DNA of 38,923 bases. Origin: Basidioascus undulatus. Lineage: Eukaryota. The stretch is taken from NCBI GenBank assembly GCA_000826855.1, contig JTLS01000040.1, positions 1-38,923 of the forward strand, written 5' to 3'. The translations under genes were made by a program, and so were the position numbers. This document shows, piece by piece, positions 26,970 through 38,923 of this stretch (its first letter is position 1; each line of letters starts with the position of its first letter). The notes under the pieces were generated by a model that saw only the letters and a program-made list of their open reading frames with translations, did no database searches and was not told the origin of the DNA.

Positions 26970-28421
26970 TCATGCCGGCATCCGCGAGATGATCGCTTCC
27001 AGCTCGTCCTCGCTCAAGATGTGGAACCCCTTGTCATGCGTGACCTGCTCGCGCACACCGCCCCCAACAACATCAGAATCCCCAAACGATCTGGGAAGAT
27101 TGCATAGAGGGGAGAGGAAGGAACGTACCTGCGCCAGCTGCACGTTGTACTTGTCCAGCTTCTCCTCCATCACTTGCTTCAGCACCGAGACGATCAGCAC
27201 CTGCGCGTCCTCCAGCGACATCGTCTATTTTCCCATCCACCCATGACCCCAAAATCAGCTTCCGCCCCACCATTTCCTACCCAACTGCCCAACTCTTCTC
27301 CCCGGGCGCACCTTGTGGTACTTGTCCTGCAGCTCGTTCTGCGCCGCCTCCGACCCAGACCCGATCGCCTTCGCATCATACCGCATGAACGTCCCGGATG
27401 GGTCCGCGTGATACCTGCGTGGACAGAACAGAGTGAGGTGGGAGTGGGGAGAGAGGGAGAGCGGAGGGAGAGCGGAGGTGGGAGAGGGAGGACGGACAGT
27501 TGGGGTCCCCGCTCGTCGATGCCGGCGATCAGGAGTGCGACACCGAACGGACGGGACTGAGGGCGAGCGGGAGGGAGATTAGCATCGAAGGGGAAGAAGG
27601 TGAATCTCGCTGTACTATGTCTGTCATGGTCGGTTCTTTCGTTCCCCTAGGTGCAGCTTCCCTACCCTCTTGACTTCCCCCCTTGCCTTCTCATGCGCTC
27701 CATGCCTGCCTACGGCCAGGACTCCAGCACTCCCCATATCCCATAACAAACCCAAACTCACCATGATCGCCTCGTCGTCCTCGTCCACCCCCTCGCCGAA
27801 CCGCAGCGCCAGATCGCACACCGCCTGCGTCGTGCTCTCGATGCCGAGCGGCTCGTCGTACGTGAAGCGGTGGTTCTGGCCGGTAACACGCGCATGGTCG
27901 ATCATGGTGCGCGCGTCGGCGGTGAGGCCGGACATGGCGCAGCCCATGTGCGAGTCGATCTCCATGATCTTCTCGATCGAGGTCGAGACGAGGAGGGAGG
28001 ACTGCGAGCGCTTCTCGACGCCGAGCATCACACCCGAGGGGGTGGAGATGCCCAGGGCGGTGGAGCCGAGCTGCAGGAGGAGGGAGGGTGATGGGATTTA
28101 GAGGGGGCGAGGGGTAGGAGCAGGGGCGAGGGGTGATGGCGGACCTTGATGGCCTCGATGGCATACTCGACTGGGGGTCCACCGGGTCAGCTCCCGGGAG
28201 AGCATGAGATATTCACAGATAGCGCACCCTGGAACAACCGCCCCTCCGGCGAGAAAGTGTTGACACCGCGGTCTGTTCCCCCGTCCATCCCTGCATCAGC
28301 ACCGTGCACCCCTGCCCGTTCCGACCAAAGCAAGCTGACCGTATTCAGAGCGAGTGAGGAACTGGAAGGGGGCCAAGTTTCAGCCGTATTCTTTAAATAA
28401 AGACAGATATCCACTCACCAT
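26970..28421 (-). CDS. PUP2: 20S proteasome subunit alpha type-5
   Basis: [86 protein letters not shown] and [10 protein letters not shown]; stop at 26970. Confidence 0.97.
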
Positions 28422-29003
28422 GACTGAATTATATGAAGGTCAGAGGAGGAAGGCGTCGGTCGTGTTCGAGAGACGCGTTGGTGTCGAGCTGACGCAACTA
28501 CTCGAGCAGCGCGCAACGTCGAAGTGCCCTCGCACCGCGTTACGGTTTCTCGCTTTCACTGCCTCTTACTCTCGATGGAATCCCAGTGCACGACGTTGAA
28601 GAGGGCACTCCACAAGAGCTCCAATCCTGTTTTCAGAAAGCAACGCTAAAAATTGGTAAGGCTGGTCCCCGCTCATCAACGCCCGGCCCTGACAGCGGGC
28701 ACCGCCGATGCGTGCTTTCGTCCAACCACTGCAACACGCTGGTTGGATTTCAAGCAAGGTCGGCATAAAGAGAACAAGTTCAAATAAGTGTGTACAGGAA
28801 TCTGACTCTTTTAACTACTCCTCAATCCGAGTTCCATCCCAAGGCAGTCTGACCTGGCCCACACTTCTCTTTGAGCCTTCGCATCGAACGTCACAGCCTC
28901 GGCCTACCACCATCCCCCGACGCCTCTCCATTCCTTCTCACAGCTTCAATTCAGAATTTGCATTATCGCTCATCTAGACTCAATCAGCCCGACAAGCACC
29001 CGC

Positions 29004-29999
29004 TTACTGGCGGACAGCCGCGATCGCCTCGACCTCCACCAGGACGTCCTTGGGGAGACGGGCGACCTGAGCGAATAAGAAGACGTAGTGAGCATGGATG
29101 CGACAAGACCAATGAAAGGGTGCGGCGGAGGACGAAGGGGGAGGCGAAGGTAACAAAAGGCGGTAGACGCACCTCGACAGCCGAGCGCGCAGGCTTGTGG
29201 CCCGCGAACGCCTTCTCGTAGACGCCGTTGAACCTGACCAAGCGCCCGAGTGTCAGCTCATGCATTCTCTTTTCAGCACCCCATTCCATGTTAACGGACT
29301 TGACGAAGTGGTTCATGTCCTACCCAGCTCCGCGCACGCGTCAGCACCGTCCCCACATTCTTCCTCCGGACACTCAGCAGAAGACGCACCTTGAGGAAGC
29401 AAGTGGACTTAATAACGTCCTTAAGGCTGGAGCCTGAAGCCTCCAGCACAGCGCCCAAGTTCTTGAACACCTGCTCCTGCATCCTCTCCCACACCACCAC
29501 AGCCCATCAGCCTTCCTTCCCCGTACCCTTCCCGCGTCTTCCCGACGCACAGTCTGCGCCTCGATGTCGCCCTCGCCGACGATGGTCATCGACTTGGGGT
29601 CGAGCGGGATGCAGCCAGACGCGTAGACGATGCCGTTGTAGGTGATCGCCTGGACTGCGGACCGGGCGTGAGTCAGGATAGGAAGGGAGGGATGGTGCGC
29701 TGAGCAGGAAGGGAGGTACCGTAGGGGCCGATGGCCGAAGGGGCTGGATCCGCCCAAAATGGGTCAATAAAACTCTTGAAGCATGATGGGAAAGCGAGAA
29801 ACGCACCCTCAGAAGTGGCAGTGACCTTGAAGGAGGAAGACACTGCCCACCGAATCATCCCGCCCATCAGCACCTACCCACGCCTCGCCCTGCTCGGCCC
29901 CATCCAGCATCAGCAGCGGAATCCGGACGTACTGATGCGCGTAGACGTCGATAAGGAGCGGACGGGAACGAAAGAGCGAGCTGCGAGAGTGCGAAGCAT
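29004..29999 (-). CDS. RidA/YjgF/YER057c/UK114 family enamine/imine deaminase (Mmf1/Hmf1-like) with mitochondrial presequence
   Basis: MLRTLAARSFVPVRSLSTSTRI-MSSSFKVTATSEAPSAIGPYVQAI...SGCIPLDP...QTEQVFKNLGAVLEASGSS...KPARSAVEVARLPKDVLVEVEAIA. The family's conserved catalytic Arg is present (PARS). Confidence 0.95.
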
Positions 30000-30527
30000 G
30001 GAGAGCTGGACAAGTGGTTCGGTGGTTGAGACGCGTCTTCGCCGACGGCGAGGGTTCCTTTCGGCCGCTACGCGCTGGATGCCGCCAGAAGCCGCATCGC
30101 ATCGCCGGCGGCGTACCTTCATACTGAAGACGATGTCATTTTTCACTGTTACGAGGTATTTACAATGGGTATACGAAGAGAACAACGAAAGAAGGCGCTC
30201 GACGGTCACCGGTGGAATCGGCGCCTTGCGTCTCCTGCTGGTACCGTGCAGTGCAGACTCCAGCAGTGTGTCACGAAGATGTGGTGACAACAGCCAGCTA
30301 TTTTCTCATTGAGTACCTATGTAATTCCGGAAGTTAGGGCGAAATTCAATCAGAGCGGAAACATCAGTCAAAGCAGACGCGTTCTCTGAGCGTTGAGCGT
30401 CACAGTGGTTGAAAGCCCGCGTAGCGCAGACCTGGGACTATTGGTCATGCTTCATGAAAAGTCGTCAAACGGTCGAATGTCTTTCTATCAAGCGCTCAGA
30501 AAAATATCGGGCCCATGCAGCAGCAGC

Positions 30528-32203
30528 TCACCCGAACCACTCGTTCTCGTCGTCGTTCGGCGCAGTGCCCCCTTCGCCCTCCACGACGACCCAACGCGGC
30601 TTGACCTTCAGGCGCGGCGTCTCGTAGTGCAACGGGACCACGAGGCGGCGCATGTTAGTCTTGAGCGCCTTGGCATGCTTCTGCGCGCTCTCCAACGAGG
30701 GCCCGAGGTTGAAGGGCGGGATGAACGTGCCCGCCGGCAGCGGCGGAGGAGCGGCGTGCTGCGGCGCGTGCTGAGGGGGCGGTTGAACGGGTGGTTGGGA
30801 GGAGGCGAGTCCCGCCGTGGGCGCTGGAGGAGCGGGTGTCGGAGCGTTGAGGTTGAGGTTCTGGAGGAACTGCTGGATTGGCCCGAGTCCGCCTTGCACG
30901 GACGCAGTGCCTGCAGGCTGCGTCGCCGGCGCGGCGGTCGCGGCGCCGGGGAGCCCAGCGCCGGCAGCGCTCGGCGCTGCAGAGGTGTAAGAGAAGAATA
31001 AGAGGCCAGGTAATGAGGAGATTAGAAACCTACCTTGCTGACCAGGCGGCGGCAGGGCAGGCTGGGCGGTCGCCAGAGGAGGGGCGGCGGGCGGCTGCGC
31101 AGTGTTTACCTGAGGTCTGCAGCGTTGAGGACGCCTCCAAGATGCGCACCCACCGCCGCCGCCAGAGCTGCCATAGCGGGACCTCCGGCTCCCGCTGCAC
31201 CTGCCGCAGTCATACCGACGACGTGGCCGCCGGGCAGCTGAAAGGTAACGGGCATCCAGCCTCCAGCGGGCCCGGCTGCGTTGGGCGAGTCGGAAGGGTC
31301 GGGCGAGAAGACTTCCTTCCAGCCGCGGCAGCGGAGCTGCAGGATAGAACATTAGGCTAGAAACATAAGCATGGGAGGGAAGCGCCTGAGACTGTTCTCA
31401 TACGCACACGAAGAAGAGAGACAGCTTTGTAGAAGTCGCCGGGGTCCTCGGTGAGCTTCCGTTCGCGCGTCCCCAAGCGGGTGGTCGACGCCGAGCGGGG
31501 GCGAACAGATTCTGGGATTCGAGGAAACTCGTCTGCGAGTCCGATCTCGCTGAGCAACTCCTCGCTGGGCAGGCGGCGGCCGAGGAGGAAGACTGGAGGG
31601 ACGTGGCAGGGACTAGACTCGTTGGGCTGCGGATAGTGCTGCGACAGGACCGCGAGGTCGAGCTGCAAAGGCACGAGGACGTGAGCTGTGCTACAGCTGA
31701 AATAAAGCCAACCACGTACCCCGACGAGAGCGAAGAAATCCTCCAGCGCCTGAAACTGACCCCATGCCAGCTCCCACCAACAGGTCTTGTCCGTGACCGA
31801 CTTCAGGCACACAGCGCAGGACATGAAGTCCCTTAAAGTACGCGTCCAGCGACAGGCCTGCGCGTGGCGCTGGCGCTCGCCCTTGGTGAGCTCGATGCGC
31901 TTGTCGTCGACCGAGACGCGGGAAAGAGCGAAGAGCAGCTCGGAGCAGAGCTCGGGGATCGAGAGTACCTTCTCGAACGCGGTCGGCGCGGCGGCGGGCG
32001 TGAGCTGCTGCCGCGCTTGGAGGAGCAGGAGCTTGCGGTACGCGGGGAGGAGGGTCGGGATCACTTCCGCTGCGATGTAGAGGGACCAGGCCTCAACTGG
32101 AGGGGAATCATACTCCCAACCTCCGTCAGCAAGACGCCTCTCCATTGCTTGTGCTGATTGTGAACACACCTGGGACGCAGAAAGCTTGCGATACAGCACT
32201 CAT
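30528..32203 (-). CDS. Hypothetical protein (globular N-terminal half, Ala/Pro/Gln-rich C-terminal region); exon structure ambiguous near 31100-31410
   Basis: ATG 32203 (MSAVSQAFCVP|VEAWSLYIAAEVIPTLLPAYRKLL...). Canonical introns and C/G-ending codon bias. C-terminus ...LVVPLHYETPRLKVKPRWVVVEG...NEWFG*. No family recognised. Confidence 0.7.
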
Positions 32204-32796
32204 GATGGCTGATAGATGAGTAGGTTTTGGAGGACTTCGAAAGATCAGATTTAGTATGAAGGCGAATCTGGGCAGGCTCTCGGACCTACTCGTGGTGGTA
32301 AGTGGGCAAAGTGCTCGTCGAAGGACGCCTTACGAACGGAACGGAAACAGCGACGGATAGCGGAGAAGCGTCAGTGTTTGGCCCGCCGCTGTCATCGTAG
32401 CCTACAATAATTTCCGAATGGTTCGGGGATGCATGATTTCAGCCGCATCTGACAGGTATGATTTTTGGTAACTTAATTGAAACGCCCAAGCGTAACCCCA
32501 GCCAGACACTAGTCCTCAGCCACACGCATTGCAACGACAAGCCATCGACGAAGAGTGTCTGGGTGCCCAGAAGGCAGTCAGATATATCTCGCAATAAATT
32601 GGTCAGAAATGGTCACTCGATTAATCTATCCTGTCTTTCCTGATTACTGGTCGTGGACACGGAGCTTCAGCTATGTGACGGTGAAAGCCAGTAACAGCAC
32701 ACAGAGCATCGCAGACCGAACGTACGTCTATCCAGTCCAAATCCAATCTATCCTATGCCCAAAACCCACAAGGGAAATAAAACAGGGCGCCATTCT

Positions 32797-35700
32797 CTAA
32801 GCGTAGACCTCCGCCAACCGCCCAGCCCACTTCTCCCTCACAGCGCGGACCTGCTCGACCGCGTGACCTACCGCCGTCCAGACCTGCCCGTCCGCCTCAC
32901 CCCAGATCTGGGTCTGCCACTGCAGCTCAAACTGGTCGCGAAGGTGAGTGGCAAAGACGGTCTGATTGTACGCGTCCACGGGCGTCGCGAGGAGGTAGTC
33001 GGTGAAGAGCTTCCACGACGGGACGTAGTACTCGCGGACGATACCGGCCCATTGTTTGCTGAACGGTATTGGGGAGTCAGTCTCGTGAAGAGAGAGTTCC
33101 GAGAAATATATGGTCGAACCTTGCGTAGCGGTTGAGACCCCAGGGAAGGGTGGTGGCGAGACCCCACAGCGTCACTTGGTTGCGCGCATCGTACTCGAGG
33201 AAGTCCGCCTCCGTCGAGTTGGTGGACCATGAGCGAGCTGGCGAAAGCGCGCTAGTCAGCGCAGTCTTGCAGAGTAAACGAAGCTATAGAGGTAGATATC
33301 CCTACACTCGTCGATCCACGAAGAAAGGAGGAACTGCTCGTCCGTTGCGAGGACGCTGTCGAGGTCGATGAGGAGCTCGACCAGCTCACTACCGACTGAG
33401 CTGATGACAGTCGGATTGGGTGAGCTGGCGTTGTATGCGGCGGTCATCTGAAACAGGCGGGGTTTAGATCAGATACACATCCGCAGGGCCGCTGATTGTC
33501 AGGAATTGAACATACCTCCTGATACAGCGGAATTGCCAGGTTGACAAGCACTTGCCGGGCAGTGTCGACGAGGTCGTACTTGAAGTGCTGGACCTGCGCC
33601 AGGGCGGGGCTCGCGTCCACCGAGGCGAGTAAGCTGTCGAGGGCGTCGACGATGACGCGCGGGTCGTAGGTAAGCTTAGTCGGGTGGTGGCCGACGCGGT
33701 CGAGCAAGCCGGTGGAAGACGGGACGAGCTCGACGATGCTCTTGACGACAGCTTGAACGGCGAAGTCGGTGTTGTTGTAAGCGGAAGACCACCTGAGGGA
33801 TACAATTGTTTGAATATTCAGCGTTCCTAGGTGAAATGATTAGAGGATTCAAAAGGTGACACTCACAGCTTATCCCAAGCGGCGTGCGCAGCCTCCGCAC
33901 CAGCAGATTGCGCAGGGTGGCAGAGCCCGTAGCGGCGTTCGATGAACTCCCACAACCAAGATCCAACGTCGACCGGCGCAGTCGACCATGCGGAGTCGAG
34001 GGTAAGCTCGTAAACCTGGCGTCTTCCAGTCAGCTGAGAACACCACGCCGCTGCAAGTGCACGTACAAGCTCGTTCTGGTTCATGCCTGTCGACAGCATG
34101 ACAGTTTAAGCTTCTGAAGGGTGCAGGAAGCAGAAAAACAGTCAAAACATACCTTCCATGGTGATCCCGGTCCCGATCAGGTTGAACGAGTTCTCACGGG
34201 CACGGATGACTTCGTTTGCGTAGTGCTCGAGAGAGCCATAGAAGCCCTGAAAGTGCGCCAACGGTCAGTCGATTGTTCTCAAGGTGCGAAGAGACTTTCA
34301 AACGGCCCACTTGGTTCTCTGTGCTCGAGAGAAAGCAGTCAGCTTCTTGTTGTTGGTTTTAGAAGAAAATGCTTCGTCGACGTACGGCCATAATCGTGGA
34401 GCAAATTCCACAGCCACGGCTTTCCGTAGAACGACTCTGTGCTGTTCCATGCCGGGATAGCCTCGGACGCCTGTATCGCAGCAATAATCAGCATGCATTC
34501 CGCAGTGTCGGGCTCAGGACTCACGAGATCGAGGACCAGCAGCTCATCTTCCGCTGCACCCGAAAGCAGGGCGGGAATCGTAGTGTCGTTCCAGCTCTTC
34601 TTGTCGCTCACAAACAGCCTGAAAAAAGCCAGTGTGTCAGGGCAAACAAAAGATGAAGACCTGACGGCGAAAACTCACCATCCCTGCATCACCCAGATTG
34701 CTTCCGGGTCGACCGCGCGCAGGCTTGCCACAACCGAGCGGGTGTTGTTGGCGAGGTAGTCCGAGTCAGTGGAGAGCGGCTTCAATTCGTTGAAGAGATC
34801 GATCGAGTAGTAGTGGCTCGTCCAGCCGCCGTAGAGCTCAGCCTGCTTGGCCAGGAACGCAGACTGCACGGTGGGGAAGGTGTCCCAAGTCGGATCAAGG
34901 GCGGTCTGTAGAAGAGTAAACGCTTGATTGTCAGCATTGAATCGTATCGTCAGGGTCATAAATCCTAGACGCAAACTCACGTCTTGGGTGTACTGCTCCG
35001 GGAAGTCTCCCCACGTCGAGGCCTTGAGGAGCTCCGGACCGTCGAGGATATCGTGCAGTGCCTCAGGAACGAAGCCGTTGAAGGCAGGAAGCACGGGCGT
35101 CATGCCGAGGGCGACCATGCGAGCGATGATGCGCTTCTGGAGGTCCCACTGCTTGTCGATCCATTCGGCCGAAACCGGGCGCGGCCAGGAGCCGTGGATG
35201 TTGCCTGTCCAGCATTCACACCATCATAAGTAAGGTGGAGAGGGAAAAGTTGCATTGCGAAGCTCACCCATGCGCTGCCAGGCCTGGAACGCAGGTCCAG
35301 AGAACCAGTTGTAGATGTCCTCATCCGCGAGGCCCATTTCGCGGAACACCTCGCGCCCTATCGAGGGGTGACGCAATCAGGTGAGCTTCATCCAGGACTT
35401 ATGATACGATTCAATCTCACAGATGTACTCCTGCCCGCCAGTGGCCAGGGGAAGGTTTATGCCGTGGAGAGCACTCTGTGAAATCGCAATGAGTTCAGCT
35501 TTCAGTCGACAAGACAAGCGCTCTAGAAAGGCGCAAGGCAAAAAGTGGCAGACTCACCCAGTCGAGCAAGTACTCCCATTGATTCCAGTCGTAGAAGGCC
35601 TGCATGCGTGGCACCTTTGTCTCAGTACACGAGCGATGCTACGGCTAGTAAGAACATACAGTGGTGTAAGAGAAGGTTACGACCTGCAAGTCGAAATTAA

Positions 35701-36256
35701 TTACTTAGGTCACATGTATATTTATTTGAGCGCCCTTTGACTCACGTTGAAAGCATAGCGCCATTTAGCCCAGCTGGAACCGTCAAGACCGTTGTCTCCG
35801 AGAGAGGGGAAGTCTTCGAGCAAGAGATCGTCGAACGTCGTCCCGCTCCTGTATGTGGCGGACGGAAAGTGTTCAACTCTCCAGGGCTTCAGGTGAGGCT
35901 GCTTACCAGTACATGTCTCCGCCAACAGTACGCAGATAGGTCAATAGACCTCGCGACAGGCCGGAGGTCGTCTGGCCTTCGATGCGAACCTTCCCTCCCC
36001 GGCCTTCCACGATACGGAAAGCATCGTACTCGGATTCTCCGGCTCCAGCCGCCCCTTCCGAGAGGACGAACTCGAAAAGGTGGTGGACTCGGTGGGGGAG
36101 TCGGCGCTTGACAAGCGCATGCAGAGCCGCTGCGCCGCTCGCCTCGGCGGTGAGGGGGTTGAAAGTGGCGGAGACGTTCGTTCCGAGGGTACTTTGCGAG
36201 ATGGGGCCCGCCGCAGCGCAGCCGAGGAGCGCGAGGAGAGACACAGCGAGGCGCAT
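32797..36256 (-). CDS. Secreted alpha-N-acetylglucosaminidase, glycoside hydrolase family 89 (NAGLU-like)
   Basis: Signal peptide MRLAVSLLALLGCAAA. Spliced motifs WRYAFNVVTFSYTTAFYDWNQWEYLLDWSALHGINLPLA, FSGPAFQAWQRMGNI, LGMTPVLPAFNGFVP, YSIDLFNELKP, AIWVMQGW, YGKPWLWNLLHDYG and YDLVDTARQVL. Confidence 0.95.
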
Positions 36257-38623
36257 CTCCGAGTGATGGTCCGTCCGAACGCGAGAGGGTCAGTGAAGGC
36301 GTTTTGAGAAGAGCTGAACGAGAGCGGAAACAAGAAGACGACTAGATGGTATGGATGAGTGAGCAGCAATCCCTGGCTGTTGATCGATAAATATGCACGG
36401 CCGTGAGTGCGTCCAGAGGACAGTTTTTTAGATAGATCAGCAAGATGAGTTGAAGTTCCGTTGGAGGTGTACCCGTGGCTGGTGAAGGCCAATCCGGAGG
36501 CCATCCTGAGATGGCGTGGCGAGGATAAGGAACGTGCTTGCCCTGGCCAGCCCTCTCGACCTTGTTTTTGACCTTGTGGGAAGCCAGGTATTTTAGGGGA
36601 CTGCCAAGCCTCTACAATCATCGCGCAGGTACGATGTGCTGCGGCGGCCAACATTCACACGTACAAAGACCTACCGCTTTTCTCAACAGAACGCGAGCGA
36701 AAAAAAATTGAAGGCGAGACCGCTGATGAATGGCCTGAAACTTTTGATGAGTGTCGCAAGTACTTTCATGGCTTTGTCCATGCCCTCGGGCGTATTACCT
36801 GTCGGTCGACTGCTATTCTCCGAAGTAGGATCTGCAATGTTGGATGTGGTTCTCTTGAGCGAAGGTGACCAGGCGGTCGGCCGCGAGTCTTGGGCTCCGA
36901 AGGTGTCTGCGAGCTTTTCAACCGTTGGATGATTTTTACGCGGTTACAACGTGAGCAACAGCACGCCGAACTGTGTAGAAATGGATTCAATCCAAGCTTG
37001 AATACTGTGAGAAGAAGCCACCACCGACCGATCTTTGAAAAGGCATCGAGACAGTAAGGAAGGGAGGCGGAGCTGACTGTGGTTGCTCGACCGCGGTGTC
37101 GTTGCCTCGAAGAAATACAAGAACGCTGTGTAGGGAAAACAAAAGAAAGACCAACTGAAAGATAGAGAGCATGTATGCAGGAATAATCCCCGGGCATTTC
37201 CGGAGCTGGAAGACAGTCCAGGGCATCACGCAGTTAAGCAGTAGCAACTCGAAGATAGAGCAGGTTCAGGAGTGTGGCAGAAGAGGAAGAGCTCGGGGCC
37301 ATGGATAGTTTCAAAAAATTACTGTGGGAAAAAAGTCGTGAAAGTGTCGTTGATGTACTGGCACTGTCAATGTCAAGGGATCTGGCTGGCCTTCCTCGGC
37401 GGAATGTTGAGACCGGCGGAGCGGTTGCATAGCGTTGCGGCACATGACAGCAGGAATGTAAGCTATGGAGACCTGAGGTGAGGTAAATGATCAAAGGTCT
37501 GGGATGATACCAAAGGATTTGATACTTAAGCCCGAGTCTGTTTGGTATCTTCGCAGCGCGCTGGCCGGATGGGGAAGGAGAGATGTGAGCAGCTTGTAAG
37601 ATCCGAAGAACCACAGAACCACATGCCCACGCGTGCAGAAGAGATATGAAGGAGGACTGCGGTACATTGAAACGGGTATGGGCTGGAAGGGCTTGGGTGC
37701 TTTGAGATGGTGAAGGTGTGCAGGTTCTGTGGAACGGGCGTGCGGGTTGCACCGGTTAGCTGGTTGCTCCGGAGAGCTGAGAGTAGGGCGTGTTCGTAAT
37801 ATGGGTAGATGTTTCATGAAGGTCGCATGTTGTGAGTTTCGAATGGGGCGGCGACGTCTTAGACTGCCGACTGACGCAGTGGTACACCTAGCGGCTTTTG
37901 CAATCCAGAGAACACACGAGCCTTGAGAAACGAAAACATGGTGTCGCCTACAATTTTAGATGAACTTCGAAAACCCCGTAGAGCATACTGGGAGTGTGGT
38001 GTGCAAGCTGGAGTCAAGGTGAGGTGGACTACAGCCATGGCACTTCGCCACCGTGACGCGTGACGGTGAGAGACGGTAAGTAGCCCGTGTGATCCGGAGA
38101 ACACACGAGCATCCAAGAAGCAGGAGCAGGGAAAACCAATCATAATGATGTAATGATATGCTTGAAAGCTCCGCAGAGCTTGGGTCGGCGAGCTTGCGTG
38201 GTCGTCGTTGGGTAGAGCGTGGTGCGCTATGGCACGTGTTAGTATCGGCTCCGTAAAGCTCAACTCTTGCGAGTTTGCCAAGTACGAGAGGTCGAGGAGG
38301 AGATGGTGGAGAGTGAGAGAGAGAGGCGCGGGGGCGAACGAGTCGAGGGGGCGGGTGCGGATGGCGGGTGCAGGGGACTGGAATGTTGCTTGGCGCGAGC
38401 GGGAAGCAGACTGACACGTGTGTTTGGGAGCGTTTTGAAACGTTTGTTTCGCTTTTCTCAAACGGTCGAGGAACGCCAGGGAATCGAGATAGTGCCTGCT
38501 TGTGTCAGCGAAAGCAAACAGCTGGCGCCCGCTCAAACGACGCATGTGTGGCGACGGCAACCATTGAGCCGAGGAAATGTCCAGTTAATCGTGCAAATGT
38601 GTATGATAATCTATGCGACCTGC

Positions 38624-38923
38624 TCAGTCGAATCCGGCCTTGCCGAGGTCCCACTCCCTCAACATCCCCCTCTTTGCGTACTTCATCCCTGCGCGCGCTC
38701 ACCCCGCGTCAGCCTTCCTCTCCCGGTTCTCAGCGATAGCAATCCACGACGTACCCATCAGCCCCGGCTCGTCCTCCCCAAGCGTCTTCCCAATCGCTTC
38801 GCCCGCCTCACGAATCGCGTCCACCGCCGCCTTCTTGCGCTCCCTCTTCTCCCTCTTCTTGCGCTTCCTCCTCTCCTCGGCCACCATCCGCCTCCCCCGC
38901 CGTCGCACTCGCCCACGCCCTGG
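38624..38923 (-). CDS. 3' end (partial) of a Lys/Arg-rich hypothetical protein ending in a REWDxGK motif
   Basis: ...EERRKRKKREKRERKKAAVDAIREAGEAIGKTLGEDEPGLM, then intron 38754-38689 (GTACGT...GCTGAC...GCAG), then GMKYAKRGMLREWDLGKAGFD* with stop at 38624. Confidence 0.75.

Noticed and set aside
36708..36770. Hammerhead-ribozyme-like core CTGATGA...GAAA...GTA, also resembling C/D-box motifs
   Set aside because: Stem II is at most 1 bp and stem I does not pair next to the core. There is no terminal D box at a suitable distance for a snoRNA.
36300..38600. Telomerase RNA candidate in the large non-coding gap
   Set aside because: No TAACCCTAA-like template found by eye on either strand.

Overview
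Intron-dense eukaryotic DNA from a basidiomycete fungus. GC-rich codons, 55-70 nt introns, GTGCGT/GTACGT donors and CTRAC-like branch points suggest a Rhodotorula/Microbotryomycetes-like yeast (inference). The six-frame ORF track is fragmented by introns, so genes were reconstructed by hand-splicing. In order: 5' end of a mitochondrially targeted protein (-), long-chain acyl-CoA synthetase (-), ~3 kb unexplained DNA, ACS/Dal5-Tna1-family MFS transporter (-), secreted loosenin/RlpA-like DPBB protein (+), M1 aminopeptidase with about 40 introns (+), XLF/Cernunnos-like NHEJ factor (+), HOG1 MAPK (-), proteasome alpha5 (-), RidA/Mmf1 (-), a hypothetical protein (-), secreted GH89 alpha-N-acetylglucosaminidase (-), ~2.3 kb unexplained DNA, and the 3' end of a hypothetical protein (-). 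I see no CRISPR array, rRNA, tRNA, intact transposon or clear novel multi-gene system. The best-supported unusual signals are in splicing: a 2-nt exon needed for the aminopeptidase HEXXH-X18-E motif, microexon chains, two GC-AG introns, an ATG split across an intron in RidA, and tandem donors that switch reading frame. A candidate spliced non-coding locus lies near 37.9-38.4 kb.
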